A stretch of 64,000 nt of DNA from a virus. The stretch lies in the UHGV virus genome UHGV-0200554. One strand, given 5' to 3'. This document shows positions 44,356 to 53,261 of this stretch, in pieces. A model generated the notes under the pieces. The model was not told where the DNA came from, did not search any database, and saw nothing but the letters and a program-made list of their open reading frames with translations. The position numbers and the translations under genes are program-made. Each line of letters opens with the position of its first letter. Positions within the stretch are counted from its first letter, which is position 1.

Positions 44356-45653
44356 TCTAAAACCCCCCAGGTAATTGGGTCTACATCCCGTGTTGCTATA
44401 CCTGTAGGGAAACTGGGTATACCATCTTCTGTGAGAGCCTGGTACTTAAACGTAATAAATTTTCCTTTCAGGTTAGCCATCCTCCAGTACAACCGTTCAC
44501 CATGTGTGCCTTTCATTTTACACTTAAATACTTTACCATTTTTTAGCTGGCAAATCAAGACACCTTCACCGTTTTTATCCTCTTCAGCACCGATGACTTT
44601 GGCCTCATCTGTGTTAAATTTCTTCCATTTCAAAGCGTTACATGAACGTTGACCGTATTCATATTCACCGCAGAAATTACGCAGTACTGTACCTTCATAA
44701 CCTTCAGCCATGTAACGGCCTACAGATTCTTCACATTCTTCAACTGTGTGGAACAGTTCCGGTTCAGCAGTGAAGATGTGGTCAAGATCTTCAATGAAAT
44801 CTTTGATGCCGAGAAGATCTGCACAACGTCCATGCTCTGTTTCAGGATCCCACCACACTTTGTTACTTGGAATATCAAAAATGTGGTATTGCAGATCGTA
44901 GCTTGAGTAACCACCGTAACGCATGTCATCACGCACAGGTTCGACTTCAACAGGAAACTCTTCTTTGTTGAAGTTCAGATATGTCTGTTTTCCTGCCTTA
45001 ATCGCAGCCTGACGACGTTTTATGTCGGCAGCATAGTCTTTATCGATCTCGGCTTGAATCTCTTCCTGTGTGCGCCAGCGTTTCGCCAGAGACACTATTT
45101 TCTGCAACGGCAGACCATGAATGTAAATCTCACCATCAAAACGGCTGAAGCCTGTGCGGATACGGAGCTGTTTCAGCTGTTTGATAATGTCACCTTCGAT
45201 AGGGTACGATTTGTTACCGCGTGAGATAAACACTGGAGTATCCCCTTCGAAGTTTACCAGCAGTCGCAGACCATCCAGTTTGTGCGATCCCCAGCACGGT
45301 AGAATAAGCGATTTACCACGTTTCAGGTAGTCATGTACCAGCATAGGAATCAGGTTTTCTTCCACCACAAGGCTGCTTTCGTCTTCAACGTATCCCAGGC
45401 GAACTTGCTTCTCCCACTTGCTGGTTGCTTCCAGAACGGCCTGTTGTTCTGGGGTAGTCTCGTTGGCACGACCTACGTTTTTAGCTTTGCAGATCGTCTC
45501 TTTGTACTGCATTTTACCATCTTTCTTGCCGAACTCAACTATTACTTTTTCACCCTCTGTAAACACTTTCCACTGCTGTACGCTTCCGTCGCGGTTAAGT
45601 GCATAGAGGGTTGTTTTTACTTGATTCATGTATGGTGCTCCTGTTAATACCAA
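44352..45653 (-). CDS. ATP-dependent DNA ligase (433 aa)
   Basis: Motif I KLDGLR, motif III RFDGEIYI, motif IV EGYEGTVL, motif V LKWKKF. Confidence 0.8.
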   Translation of the reverse strand: MVLTGAPYMNQVKTTLYALNRDGSVQQWKVFTEGEKVIVEFGKKDGKMQYKETICKAKNVGRANETTPEQQAVLEATSKWEKQVRLGYVEDESSLVVEENLIPMLVHDYLKRGKSLILPCWGSHKLDGLRLLVNFEGDTPVFISRGNKSYPIEGDIIKQLKQLRIRTGFSRFDGEIYIHGLPLQKIVSLAKRWRTQEEIQAEIDKDYAADIKRRQAAIKAGKQTYLNFNKEEFPVEVEPVRDDMRYGGYSSYDLQYHIFDIPSNKVWWDPETEHGRCADLLGIKDFIEDLDHIFTAEPELFHTVEECEESVGRYMAEGYEGTVLRNFCGEYEYGQRSCNALKWKKFNTDEAKVIGAEEDKNGEGVLICQLKNGKVFKCKMKGTHGERLYWRMANLKGKFITFKYQALTEDGIPSFPTGIATRDVDPITWGVLE

Positions 45654-45928
45654 AATTCTGTCACTGTGTAGTACAACGCATCTTCACTTGTTGCACACAA
45701 GAAAACTACGTTCCATTTACTTCCTTTTACAAATCTTTTCTGATCCACACCTACTACCTGGTTCACCTTCACCCCTTCCATATCACCCAGCTGGAGAACA
45801 TCGTTCGGCTGGATGTAAACCTCATGCAGACCTTTCTTGCGCTTCAAAGCTATTACCATAGTGTTTAGGCCATGAGAAATCTCTTTAATATCATCAGGTT
45901 CAAGGTGGTGAACTCTATACGTGTACAT
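45644..45928 (-). CDS. hypothetical protein (94 aa)
   Basis: Track ORF trimmed to MYTYRV after aaggagag RBS. Confidence 0.5.
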   Translation of the reverse strand: MYTYRVHHLEPDDIKEISHGLNTMVIALKRKKGLHEVYIQPNDVLQLGDMEGVKVNQVVGVDQKRFVKGSKWNVVFLCATSEDALYYTVTEFWY

Positions 45929-45957
45929 ACTACTCTCCTTATTCTGTGTGATTATCA

Positions 45958-45987
45958 ATTATACCCAAAACACCAACGTATTGTCAA
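45958..45987 (-). promoter_or_regulatory. sigma70 promoter (leftward)
   Basis: Minus strand TTGACA, 18 bp spacer, TATAAT. Confidence 0.5.
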
Positions 45988-46006
45988 GTAGAAATAGCCC
46001 AGAGGA

Positions 46007-46204
46007 TTACTCCTCCAGGCAAGCTGCACCGTTTTCTTCCTCGAACTCATATCCGGCGACCACAAGATCTATCAGCCGGATCGCCAGACCACCATTAGGT
46101 GAATCCACCATTAAGTCCCAACCTTCAAGGTAGGCGTAGTAAACACCACCTGTTGAGAACAGGTAATCACCTATTGCTGGTGTTTTCGTACATTTTACAA
46201 ACAT
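46007..46204 (-). CDS. hypothetical protein (65 aa)
   Basis: ORF in leftward block. Confidence 0.45.
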   Translation of the reverse strand: MFVKCTKTPAIGDYLFSTGGVYYAYLEGWDLMVDSPNGGLAIRLIDLVVAGYEFEEENGAACLEE

Positions 46205-46308
46205 CTCTACACCTTTTATTCGCCTTCAAAAGATTTCTTTTGCAATTCATCAATAGCGTAGCTAACGATGAGATCTATCTGTTTTTAAGTAATTTCATCT
46301 TAAGCCCT

Positions 46309-46602
46309 CTATTTTGCAGATTTCCTTGCTACTTTCTTCGTAGCTCTGCGGCGTTTGTGGTAGATATCAAGAACAGCGTTCTCCTGGGCACATGTTTTGA
46401 CTGTTTTCAGGTTGTAGGCTTGCGCTATCGGAAGATTCAGTTCCCACCAGCCAAGCCAGTATAGCTCACTCTCTGTGAGCTTCTCCTCCTTTGCTTTTCG
46501 GTACAGCTTCTGCATACCCGCGATAATATCATCGAGCGGGGTATCAAACACAAAAGCTGTTTTATCAAAAGGTGCTTTCTTCGGCTGTTTTGCCTTAGGC
46601 AT
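46309..46602 (-). CDS. hypothetical protein (97 aa)
   Basis: Track ORF trimmed to MPKAKQ after aaggaggtgg RBS. Confidence 0.5.
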   Translation of the reverse strand: MPKAKQPKKAPFDKTAFVFDTPLDDIIAGMQKLYRKAKEEKLTESELYWLGWWELNLPIAQAYNLKTVKTCAQENAVLDIYHKRRRATKKVARKSAK

Positions 46603-46864
46603 CTTCCACCTCCTTAAATATCTGGTGCATCGATTCATCACTCATCACCAGAAAATCCCCAAAGAAGTCCACCAGCCAATCACCACGATGGAGAACATAC
46701 CCACCAAAATCATCATCGATGAGGGCTTGTGGTCGGAAATCTCTCGTCCGTACAGCATGACGAACAAACACCCCAGTATCGTGCCAGTGTTGCAATTCAG
46801 ACACGCTTGTGCTTGAGCCATCAAACTGGTGTGCTTCAATCGGTTTAATCAGTTCAAATTTCAT
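46595..46864 (-). CDS. hypothetical protein (89 aa)
   Basis: ORF in leftward block. Confidence 0.5.
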   Translation of the reverse strand: MKFELIKPIEAHQFDGSSTSVSELQHWHDTGVFVRHAVRTRDFRPQALIDDDFGGYVLHRGDWLVDFFGDFLVMSDESMHQIFKEVEDA

Positions 46865-47139
46865 TCCGGTAACTCCTCAACAGGGTAAACTAACAGGTGG
46901 CAATCATCATAACGCACATTCATATGTTGCCAGCAGATAAATCGGATCGCTACAAGGTTGATCAAGTTACGATCACCGTGCAGGCCGACACAGACATTAC
47001 GCCAGTTACTACCATTCACCACACAGGTGTCAAAGTACAATTTTTCATCAAACTTGTGTTCAATATCCTGAACAATACCTTTCAGAGCGGCAAATTGTCC
47101 ACCGAACACGAAGTCTCCTTCGAGATCTTTCAGTTTCAT
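46861..47139 (-). CDS. hypothetical protein (92 aa)
   Basis: ORF; start-stop coupling. Confidence 0.5.
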   Translation of the reverse strand: MKLKDLEGDFVFGGQFAALKGIVQDIEHKFDEKLYFDTCVVNGSNWRNVCVGLHGDRNLINLVAIRFICWQHMNVRYDDCHLLVYPVEELPE

Positions 47140-47140
47140 C

Positions 47141-47614
47141 TTAGTTACCTTTTGCGTAATTCTCCAACCACGAAAAATCAGTTTCCCAGACCTTGATCTT
47201 GCTTAGTTCTCTCCACTCTTCGAAGCACGCTTCATAATACTCCTGTGCCTGCTGTTCTGTCAACCAGTTTACGTCAGCAAAATGTTTTCTTGCACGGAGA
47301 TAAACATCCCTGCCGAGGCAATTGCAGCGGCCAGGATGCACACTCATATGGCAGTCTGGGCACAATGCGATCAGACCCACACAGGTGATCTTGTGATCTT
47401 CGAACAGGTACAACTCGTGGGCTTCCACAGGATGTTTAGGTCCTTTACCACCACAGACTTCGCATCTGTACTCTGCTTCTTTGTAACAGCGTTTACGGGC
47501 TTTATCCCACAAGCCACGACCGATAGCTTCACGTCCTGCTACCCCCCACAGCGGTTTAGGGATAAGCTGAACGATCAGCATTTTCTCTTCACGCATTTTA
47601 CGACCGTCTTGCAT
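47141..47614 (-). CDS. Zinc-binding HNH-like protein; first gene of leftward block (157 aa)
   Basis: CEVCGG..HPVEAHELY..CPDCH arrangement resembles HNH nucleases; RBS agaggtg. Confidence 0.45.
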   Translation of the reverse strand: MQDGRKMREEKMLIVQLIPKPLWGVAGREAIGRGLWDKARKRCYKEAEYRCEVCGGKGPKHPVEAHELYLFEDHKITCVGLIALCPDCHMSVHPGRCNCLGRDVYLRARKHFADVNWLTEQQAQEYYEACFEEWRELSKIKVWETDFSWLENYAKGN

Positions 47615-47655
47615 GTAGCACCTCTCTTCTTATGCATACTCTTACCAGTAGGCGA

Positions 47656-47684
47656 ACCATAACATAATTTTCATTTGCTGTCAA
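47656..47684 (-). promoter_or_regulatory. sigma70 promoter for the long leftward block
   Basis: Minus strand TTGACA, 17 bp spacer, TATGGT, upstream of 47614 start. Confidence 0.5.
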
Positions 47685-47759
47685 TACTGATTTAAACGCT
47701 CTCAAACGCTCTGTAACGCTGTTGGTAGTTTAGTAATGCAACTGTAGCACTTAGTCACT

Positions 47760-47930
47760 ATTAGCTCACCACAGAAGCTACCAGAGGCCTCAAAGCCGAT
47801 TTCTGGTGTTGGGATAAGGTTGAAGCGGCGGCGCAGACTTTCGACGGCTCCTCCCGGCAGCTTCGCTTTTCGCCGTCATCCCACATTAGCACCTCCCTCA
47901 CGGTCGGTGATCTTCCCACACAACTCAGGC
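47760..47930. other. GC-rich unannotated segment (possible ncRNA or gene remnant)
   Basis: Locally GC-rich with no ORF of 60 aa or more in six frames. Confidence 0.25.
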
Positions 47931-47978
47931 AGCTCTGTTGTCACAGACCTGCTATGTACCCACATACATCTTCTGGAT
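47931..47978. repeat. 12-bp inverted repeat flanking AT-rich loop
   Basis: TTCTGGATTGTT..24 nt A/T..AACAATCCAGAA perfect arms. Confidence 0.5.
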
Positions 47979-48288
47979 TGTTGATAATATAATATAAAAT
48001 TTATTAAAACAATCCAGAAAAATAACCACCCACAGCCTGATCATCTGCTACAAAGCACTGCTTTGTCACTCCAGTGCTGTTGTCAGTGGATCATGATAAT
48101 AATTATCATTAAGAAAGAGATCATTGATCAATTTGTAACATGCATAAAAAGTATGTTGAAGAGAGATCATGGAGGTGGTGGTAAATACCACAGAACTACC
48201 ATCAAACAGACAGCGGAGGGTGTGCTTGGTATTAGCACCCACCTCCTAGTCTATTTTCTTTCTTTAGAAAGAAGAAAATAGTTAGGTG

Positions 48289-48403
48289 GGCCATTATTTG
48301 GCCCTTAGAATTCAGTTTAAGGGCCATTATTTGGCCCTTGGAAGCGTTTTAAGGGCCATTATTTGGCCCTTGGATTGACTTTTATGGGCCATTATTTGGC
48401 CCT
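48289..48403. repeat. Four copies of 17-bp palindrome GGGCCATTATTTGGCCC at ~33-bp period
   Basis: Perfect copies at 48289, 48322, 48354, 48387; arms GGGCCA/TGGCCC. Confidence 0.8.
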
Positions 48404-48594
48404 TAGAATCACTCATATTGGTGGGATTTATGGTATTTTCTGTTTATTGTCAAACAGTTATAACAGTATTTCATTCTGTTGGTATCTTTATATAGACCGA
48501 TCAGTCTATTACAACTATTTAACAAATGCCGACACTGTACAAAATTTCTGAGTTTTCATGTTTGACATTTCGTTAACAAATCACCAATACAGTA

Positions 48595-49269
48595 TTATTT
48601 TCTTCTTTGAGGGAAGGGTATGTGGTCATATCCTTTCCCTGCATTATCATTCACCCATTTCAGGAAGTCTATTCTGTCTTCGAACACGTATTTCAGGTCA
48701 CAACCCTCTGTACGGTACAGCATCAGGTAGTTCACCTGATTGGCATCTGGTAATTCATTCACCATTGCCAGGCGACGTGCTGGTACTCTCGTGCACAGAT
48801 TTTTACCATCTTGTGGTTGCCTGCTGATCACAAGGCCAATTGACTCCAGGAACTTGATACTTTCTGCTACCTTCCGGTTCCTGTTGTGGTTCTTGTCATA
48901 TGGCAATCCTGCTTCCATAGCGATTACATGTGTGGAATCCCCGCACCAGTTGTTCCTGTGCATATCTTCATAGCTTGTCTGCTTACGAATCTGGTAGCAT
49001 TTGAACTGGATTCTGTTCTGATCAGCAAGATGACTCAACACTGCCTTGTCAATATTGGTCAGAAACAGGCAGCTTTTCTCTGCCCACACACTACCAGCCT
49101 CAGGGATTCTTCGCTTATCGAAATCTTTCCTGTTGGTCACATCTGCCGGATTTTTCACCCACACAGCAAACAGGTTGTCAACCTTCCGATGACAATCGTC
49201 GTTGCCAAAGCAGATGTTTTTGTTGAACCAGTTCTCCAGTACGCTTGATTTGATCTCTTGTTCTGCCAT
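48595..49269 (-). CDS. hypothetical protein (224 aa)
   Basis: ORF from track; no motif recognised. Confidence 0.55.
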   Translation of the reverse strand: MAEQEIKSSVLENWFNKNICFGNDDCHRKVDNLFAVWVKNPADVTNRKDFDKRRIPEAGSVWAEKSCLFLTNIDKAVLSHLADQNRIQFKCYQIRKQTSYEDMHRNNWCGDSTHVIAMEAGLPYDKNHNRNRKVAESIKFLESIGLVISRQPQDGKNLCTRVPARRLAMVNELPDANQVNYLMLYRTEGCDLKYVFEDRIDFLKWVNDNAGKGYDHIPFPQRRK

Positions 49270-49329
49270 CTCTGTTACCTTCTTCTGTTTTTAACAGAGT
49301 ATAGCAGGCACAAGGCCTGCTGTCAATGT

Positions 49330-49449
49330 TCACTCGTCACGTAATGCTTTGATCATCTGTTCGAAGAATCTCCTTGCATCGTCGTAGTGCTTGTTCAGGA
49401 GTGCTTCTTTATAGTAGTAACGATAAACAACGTATTCAACGCCACGCAT
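49330..49449 (-). CDS. small protein (39 aa)
   Basis: RBS gtgaggtgg then ATG; not in ORF track. Confidence 0.4.
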   Translation of the reverse strand: MRGVEYVVYRYYYKEALLNKHYDDARRFFEQMIKALRDE

Positions 49450-49457
49450 ATGCCACC

Positions 49458-49616
49458 TCACTTGTTGTCAGCTTCAATCATCAGGAGTAATGCATCTTTG
49501 AACCCCATAAAAAGAACGCCACAGCGAATTTGCGGGTACGCCCTCAGGATTGGGAGCATGTACACCTTCTCTTCGTCACAGAACGTTTGAACGCTGTAGA
49601 ATACGATTCTTCTCAT
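49458..49616 (-). CDS. small protein (52 aa)
   Basis: RBS ataggaggaaacc then ATG; first gene of short leftward unit. Confidence 0.45.
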   Translation of the reverse strand: MRRIVFYSVQTFCDEEKVYMLPILRAYPQIRCGVLFMGFKDALLLMIEADNK

Positions 49617-49630
49617 GGTGGTTTCCTCCT

Positions 49631-49659
49631 ATGTGTGCAAAACATATCACACCTTGTTG
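49631..49659 (-). promoter_or_regulatory. Putative leftward promoter in divergent control region
   Basis: Minus strand TTGACT, 17 bp spacer, TGTGATATGTT extended -10. Confidence 0.45.
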
Positions 49660-49672
49660 TGGAAGTCAAGAA

Positions 49673-49701
49673 TAAAATCATGTTGACAACGAGATCAGGA
49701 T
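49673..49701 (+). promoter_or_regulatory. Putative rightward promoter in divergent control region
   Basis: TTGACA present; -10 weak (TGTTAT / TATCGT). Confidence 0.3.
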
Positions 49702-49746
49702 GTGTTATCGTTCGCCAACAAGCGGATAAATGGAGGACTCATAACA

Positions 49747-50045
49747 TGATTAGTCAAGAAACAGTACACGATATGGCACTGGCATTCATCCGTGAGGGGT
49801 GTGATGTGTGTTACATACCAAACCCTCGCCATCAGAATGACCCTGAAGACCCATCTATTTATCTTTCTGTATCTGGCAGAGGAATGGACCATCTTATCTA
49901 TCTCGGACTGAGTAGTAAGAGAAGGGATGAATATATTGAAAAATACCAGCAGGCAATTGATCAGGCAAAAGAAGACGCACATGGTGAACAGATGTACAAT
50001 TTTATTCCTGGTTTGGACGATTGTAAGGATGGAGGTGCTTTATGA
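49747..50045 (+). CDS. hypothetical protein (99 aa)
   Basis: Track ORF 49530..50045 trimmed to ATG after ggagg RBS. Confidence 0.55.
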
Positions 50046-50767
50046 AGAAGGTTTTAGAGTTTCAATTTGAAATTGCTGAAATAGGTGGAGAAAGACGGAG
50101 GCTTGTTAATGCAAGAGATTTGCATAAACAGTTAGGCATTCGTACACGCTTTAGTGACTGGATTAAAAGGTCATTAATTAATCAAAATTTCTTGCAAGAT
50201 GTTGATTTTATCGTGGTTCTCAAAAATGAGTATGACGCAAGTAAGTTTGGTGGCATACGTAAGCAAGAGGAATATTTATGCACTGTTGAGACAGCTAAAC
50301 ACCTTGCTATGATGGCGAAGACACCGAAAGGTAAAGAGGTTCGTAATTACTTTATCGAAATTGAAAGAAAGTACCGCGAGTACATGATTGAGCAACGGAG
50401 GTTGGCAAGGAAGATGCTTAACATGGAAAGCTCAACAGATATGGTCTGCATAACTGTTTCGGCGAAGAAAATCGCTAAAGTGCTTGGGATAACCATGTCT
50501 GTGTTTGACCTGAATGGATTCTTGAGGACGGATGGTTACAAGCATAAACATTGGTATAACGCAACTCTTGCTGGTCAGGAGGTGTGGAATGATTGGGTTA
50601 TGAAAAGCAAATATGGGGGTCATAGGTTTACAAGCCAGAACAGTATTAACATTGTGCAATGCCTGCTTTATGAAAAAGGTATTAGTAAGCTGGAGGATGA
50701 CATTTGGCAAGAACTTGTTTGGATTGTGTTCATGAAGAATTGGGTTGATTATCTTGCCAACAGATGA
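50042..50767 (+). CDS. Rha / antirepressor-like phage regulatory protein (241 aa)
   Basis: N-terminal segment ..LHKQLGIRTRFSDWIKR.. resembles Rha/Bro-N type domains; from memory only. Confidence 0.4.
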   Translation: MKKVLEFQFEIAEIGGERRRLVNARDLHKQLGIRTRFSDWIKRSLINQNFLQDVDFIVVLKNEYDASKFGGIRKQEEYLCTVETAKHLAMMAKTPKGKEVRNYFIEIERKYREYMIEQRRLARKMLNMESSTDMVCITVSAKKIAKVLGITMSVFDLNGFLRTDGYKHKHWYNATLAGQEVWNDWVMKSKYGGHRFTSQNSINIVQCLLYEKGISKLEDDIWQELVWIVFMKNWVDYLANR

Positions 50768-50821
50768 TTGACAAACACAACCAAACATGCTAAGATTCTT
50801 CTTATCGAAAGGAGGTACACC

Positions 50822-51022
50822 ATGGATAATCCTGTTGCTAAAAACTGCAACAAGTTTAACAAAGCTGCAACTCATGCTGATCGGAAGAAAGGTTGGTGTC
50901 CAGATTTAGACGAAGGACTTGAAGAGTACTTCGAAGATGAACTGGAAGACCTAGCAGACAATGCTCAAGAGATTGCAATCAGGGAATATGCAGAAAGAGC
51001 GAAAGCTGCAAGAATTTGTTGA
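50822..51022 (+). CDS. hypothetical protein (66 aa)
   Basis: Track ORF trimmed to ATG after aaaggagg RBS. Confidence 0.5.
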   Translation: MDNPVAKNCNKFNKAATHADRKKGWCPDLDEGLEEYFEDELEDLADNAQEIAIREYAERAKAARIC

Positions 51023-51101
51023 CAATACCCTGTTTGTTTGGTAATATTAAAGCATGAGGTGAGGTAAACGATTTTAGTTTGAGAGGTCTACAGGAAATGC
51101 T

Positions 51102-51344
51102 ATGTTTAAGGTTAAGCTCGTTTTCAGATCCTTAGAAGGAGACTATTTAGAACACGAATCTGAACACAGATTCTTTGATGATGCTTTTGAAGTTGCAAAC
51201 GATATTGCCTGCGAGAACACAGGTTACGGACTGGAGTTCTGGGAAGGAGGTGCACAAATAGATAAAAGCAAAATCTTCTATTTTTACCCGGATCCAGAAT
51301 GCAGACATGTGAAATATGTGTTGTTCTTCTGTGTATTGCAATAA
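51102..51344 (+). CDS. hypothetical protein (80 aa)
   Basis: ORF from track; weak RBS. Confidence 0.45.
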   Translation: MFKVKLVFRSLEGDYLEHESEHRFFDDAFEVANDIACENTGYGLEFWEGGAQIDKSKIFYFYPDPECRHVKYVLFFCVLQ

Positions 51345-51380
51345 GGAGAGACATGAAAGACGAATTTGATGGCTTTTAGC

Positions 51381-51410
51381 TTGACAATGTTGAGTTAAAA
51401 CGCTATACTT
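51381..51410 (+). promoter_or_regulatory. sigma70 promoter
   Basis: TTGACA, 18 bp spacer, TATACT; ~230-nt leader with three GAGGGCT repeats. Confidence 0.5.
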
Positions 51411-51641
51411 ACAGTGTTCCCCATAGAGGGCTTGATAGTGCACCACACTGAAAAATGGTAGGAACGTAGAGGGCTACGGACGCGTAGGGTTCCAGCAACC
51501 TGTAATAAGGTCGAGTCCAAGTACGGTAATGGCTTCCCCTTTCCCTTCGAGGGCTTGAAAATGCCAGAGACGGACTGGCAATCTATTGACAATCTCCAGA
51601 GTACGTGATAAACTCAGCTTATTAACTATTCTGGAGGTTAT

Positions 51642-51989
51642 ATGGTGGACAAAAAAGAGAAAGCGAAAAAACGTCGTCGCAGGGGCAGACCCCTGAAAGA
51701 GGAATCAAACGCTATTCAACTTGATAAAAATCTTATTGAGATGAAAGAAGCGTTCATTGCAATGGTTCCAGAGGCACACAAAGTTCTCCGCGATATGATG
51801 AATAACCCCAAAACGAAAGAAAACATTCGTCAGGGCATAGCAACATACGTTCTGGAGAAAGCTGCTGCCATGCAGGAAGAGTACGACGAAATGTTCGGGG
51901 AAGAGGAAGAAGAATCTACTGTTGTAGATGCGACCCCAACACCGTTCTCTCCGTTTACTACAGAGATTATCCCGATCAACGATCAGTAA
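51642..51989 (+). CDS. DNA-binding protein with AT-hook-like N-terminus (115 aa); terminase small subunit candidate
   Basis: RBS ggagg; KRRRRGRPLKEE basic N-terminus, acidic C-terminus. Confidence 0.5.
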   Translation: MVDKKEKAKKRRRRGRPLKEESNAIQLDKNLIEMKEAFIAMVPEAHKVLRDMMNNPKTKENIRQGIATYVLEKAAAMQEEYDEMFGEEEEESTVVDATPTPFSPFTTEIIPINDQ

Positions 51990-52058
51990 TCATTGTTGTG
52001 TAGCCTTGGAGAGAGAAGAGTGCTTGGGCGGTAAGCACTGGAAACACCGCTCAGTAGT

Positions 52059-52134
52059 GCCCCGTTAGTTCAAATGGAAGAACAGTGGCCTTCTAAGCCA
52101 TAGGTTACAGGTTCGAGTCCTGTACGGGGTGCCA
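52059..52134 (+). tRNA. tRNA-Arg (anticodon UCU)
   Basis: Hand-folded cloverleaf: 7-bp acceptor, GTTC/GAAC D-stem, anticodon loop CTTCTAA, T-loop TTCGAGT, encoded CCA. Confidence 0.85.
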
Positions 52135-52178
52135 ACACTTTTAACCAAAACACTAATCATTTAAAGGAACTTAGTAAT

Positions 52179-52445
52179 ATGTATACATTAAAAATCGTAG
52201 AACGTGTAATGCCAGAAGGTGAACCGGAAGATACCAACATTCCATCTAAACCGTATCTTCGTGAGTCATACTATGACATGAATAAAAACACAGATGTTAT
52301 CTTCTATGAACCAAATCAGGAAGGTATCATCGCTGTGGTAATGGATGGTGAACAGAAGGTCTACATTTATGATGACACTTCTGCTTACCTGATGAATGAA
52401 AACGCTGTTACAGTACGTATCATTCATCGTGTTCAGTTCAACTAA
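52179..52445 (+). CDS. hypothetical protein (88 aa)
   Basis: RBS aaagga upstream of ATG. Confidence 0.55.
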   Translation: MYTLKIVERVMPEGEPEDTNIPSKPYLRESYYDMNKNTDVIFYEPNQEGIIAVVMDGEQKVYIYDDTSAYLMNENAVTVRIIHRVQFN

Positions 52446-52566
52446 GGTGGTTTCAGTTCATAATCAGTTTCATTGATACATCTCCTTTCATTGGTTTATA
52501 AGTTTTAACCCGCCCCGTTGACTGAAATGGTCACGGGGTTTTTTATTTGTATGTTCTGGAGGTTTC

Positions 52567-52968
52567 GTGCCAGCAGTACTTGCATTCCTGATAAAATATA
52601 AGCGCGTGATAAAATGGACTATCGCGGCTGTCTTACTGGTTGTAGCCTGCGCTGGAGTGCACAGTTGGTACAACACCCAGATACAAAATGCCTACAACGA
52701 AGGGGTCGCTGTAACAGAGCAGAAATGGGATAAACTGATGATGCAGCAGAAGCTACAGGCCAACCAGACGAAGTTGGAACACGCTTACGAAGTCAGAGAG
52801 CTTGAGCAAAAGCTGGCTAACATGCAGAACGCCATGAACGCTCCTGGAGCTTTTGGTGGGGCTACACAACAGCAGTTCCAGTCATCTCCAGAAGGGCAAC
52901 AGAACCGGATCCCAGATAAAGTGATCGATATCTACAACGAAAGTATTAACTCGGAGGTGCAGCAATGA
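52567..52968 (+). CDS. i-spanin-like protein (Rz-like; 133 aa)
   Basis: GTG start after ggagg; N-terminal TM then Gln/Glu-rich helical region; overlaps next gene by 4 nt. Confidence 0.5.
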   Translation: MPAVLAFLIKYKRVIKWTIAAVLLVVACAGVHSWYNTQIQNAYNEGVAVTEQKWDKLMMQQKLQANQTKLEHAYEVRELEQKLANMQNAMNAPGAFGGATQQQFQSSPEGQQNRIPDKVIDIYNESINSEVQQ

Positions 52969-53261
52969 GGTGGTTACTTGCATTAGCGATTGCACTCACG
53001 TTTTCTATGGCCCTGGTAGGTTGTAGCTCACCTAAAAGTACGCCAGTTACAGTTGCACCGCAGAAAGTTGAACAACTTGCTGTAGAGCCTCCTGCGGCAG
53101 CTATGATCCCACCAGCAATAGCTATCCCCTTGGTGAAAGGTGCACCAGATGCGGATAACTCTGCAATTATGAGGCAGAACAATCTCTCCTGTAGCAATGA
53201 TCGTGCCAAATTAATCATCTTGCAGGATTATGTAAAATCTTTATTCAATAAGGAGAATTAA
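52965..53261 (+). CDS. o-spanin-like lipoprotein (Rz1-like; 98 aa)
   Basis: Signal peptide with lipobox LVGC; proline-rich mature part. Confidence 0.5.
   Translation: MRWLLALAIALTFSMALVGCSSPKSTPVTVAPQKVEQLAVEPPAAAMIPPAIAIPLVKGAPDADNSAIMRQNNLSCSNDRAKLIILQDYVKSLFNKEN

Noticed and set aside
48289-48403. Possible CRISPR-like array (four repeats with ~16-bp intervening sequence)
   Set aside because: Repeats are 17-bp perfect palindromes with short, similar intervening sequences and no cas genes; better explained as operator or iteron sites.
49530-50045. Full-length ORF 49530..50045 as annotated in the track
   Set aside because: The upstream 72 codons overlap the divergent promoter region and lack an RBS; trimmed to the ATG at 49747 with a GGAGG site.
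51415-51600. Second tRNA or tRNA-like gene in the leader downstream of promoter 51381
   Set aside because: Hand-folding found no cloverleaf with a canonical T-loop or acceptor stem; only the tRNA-Arg at 52059 folds properly.
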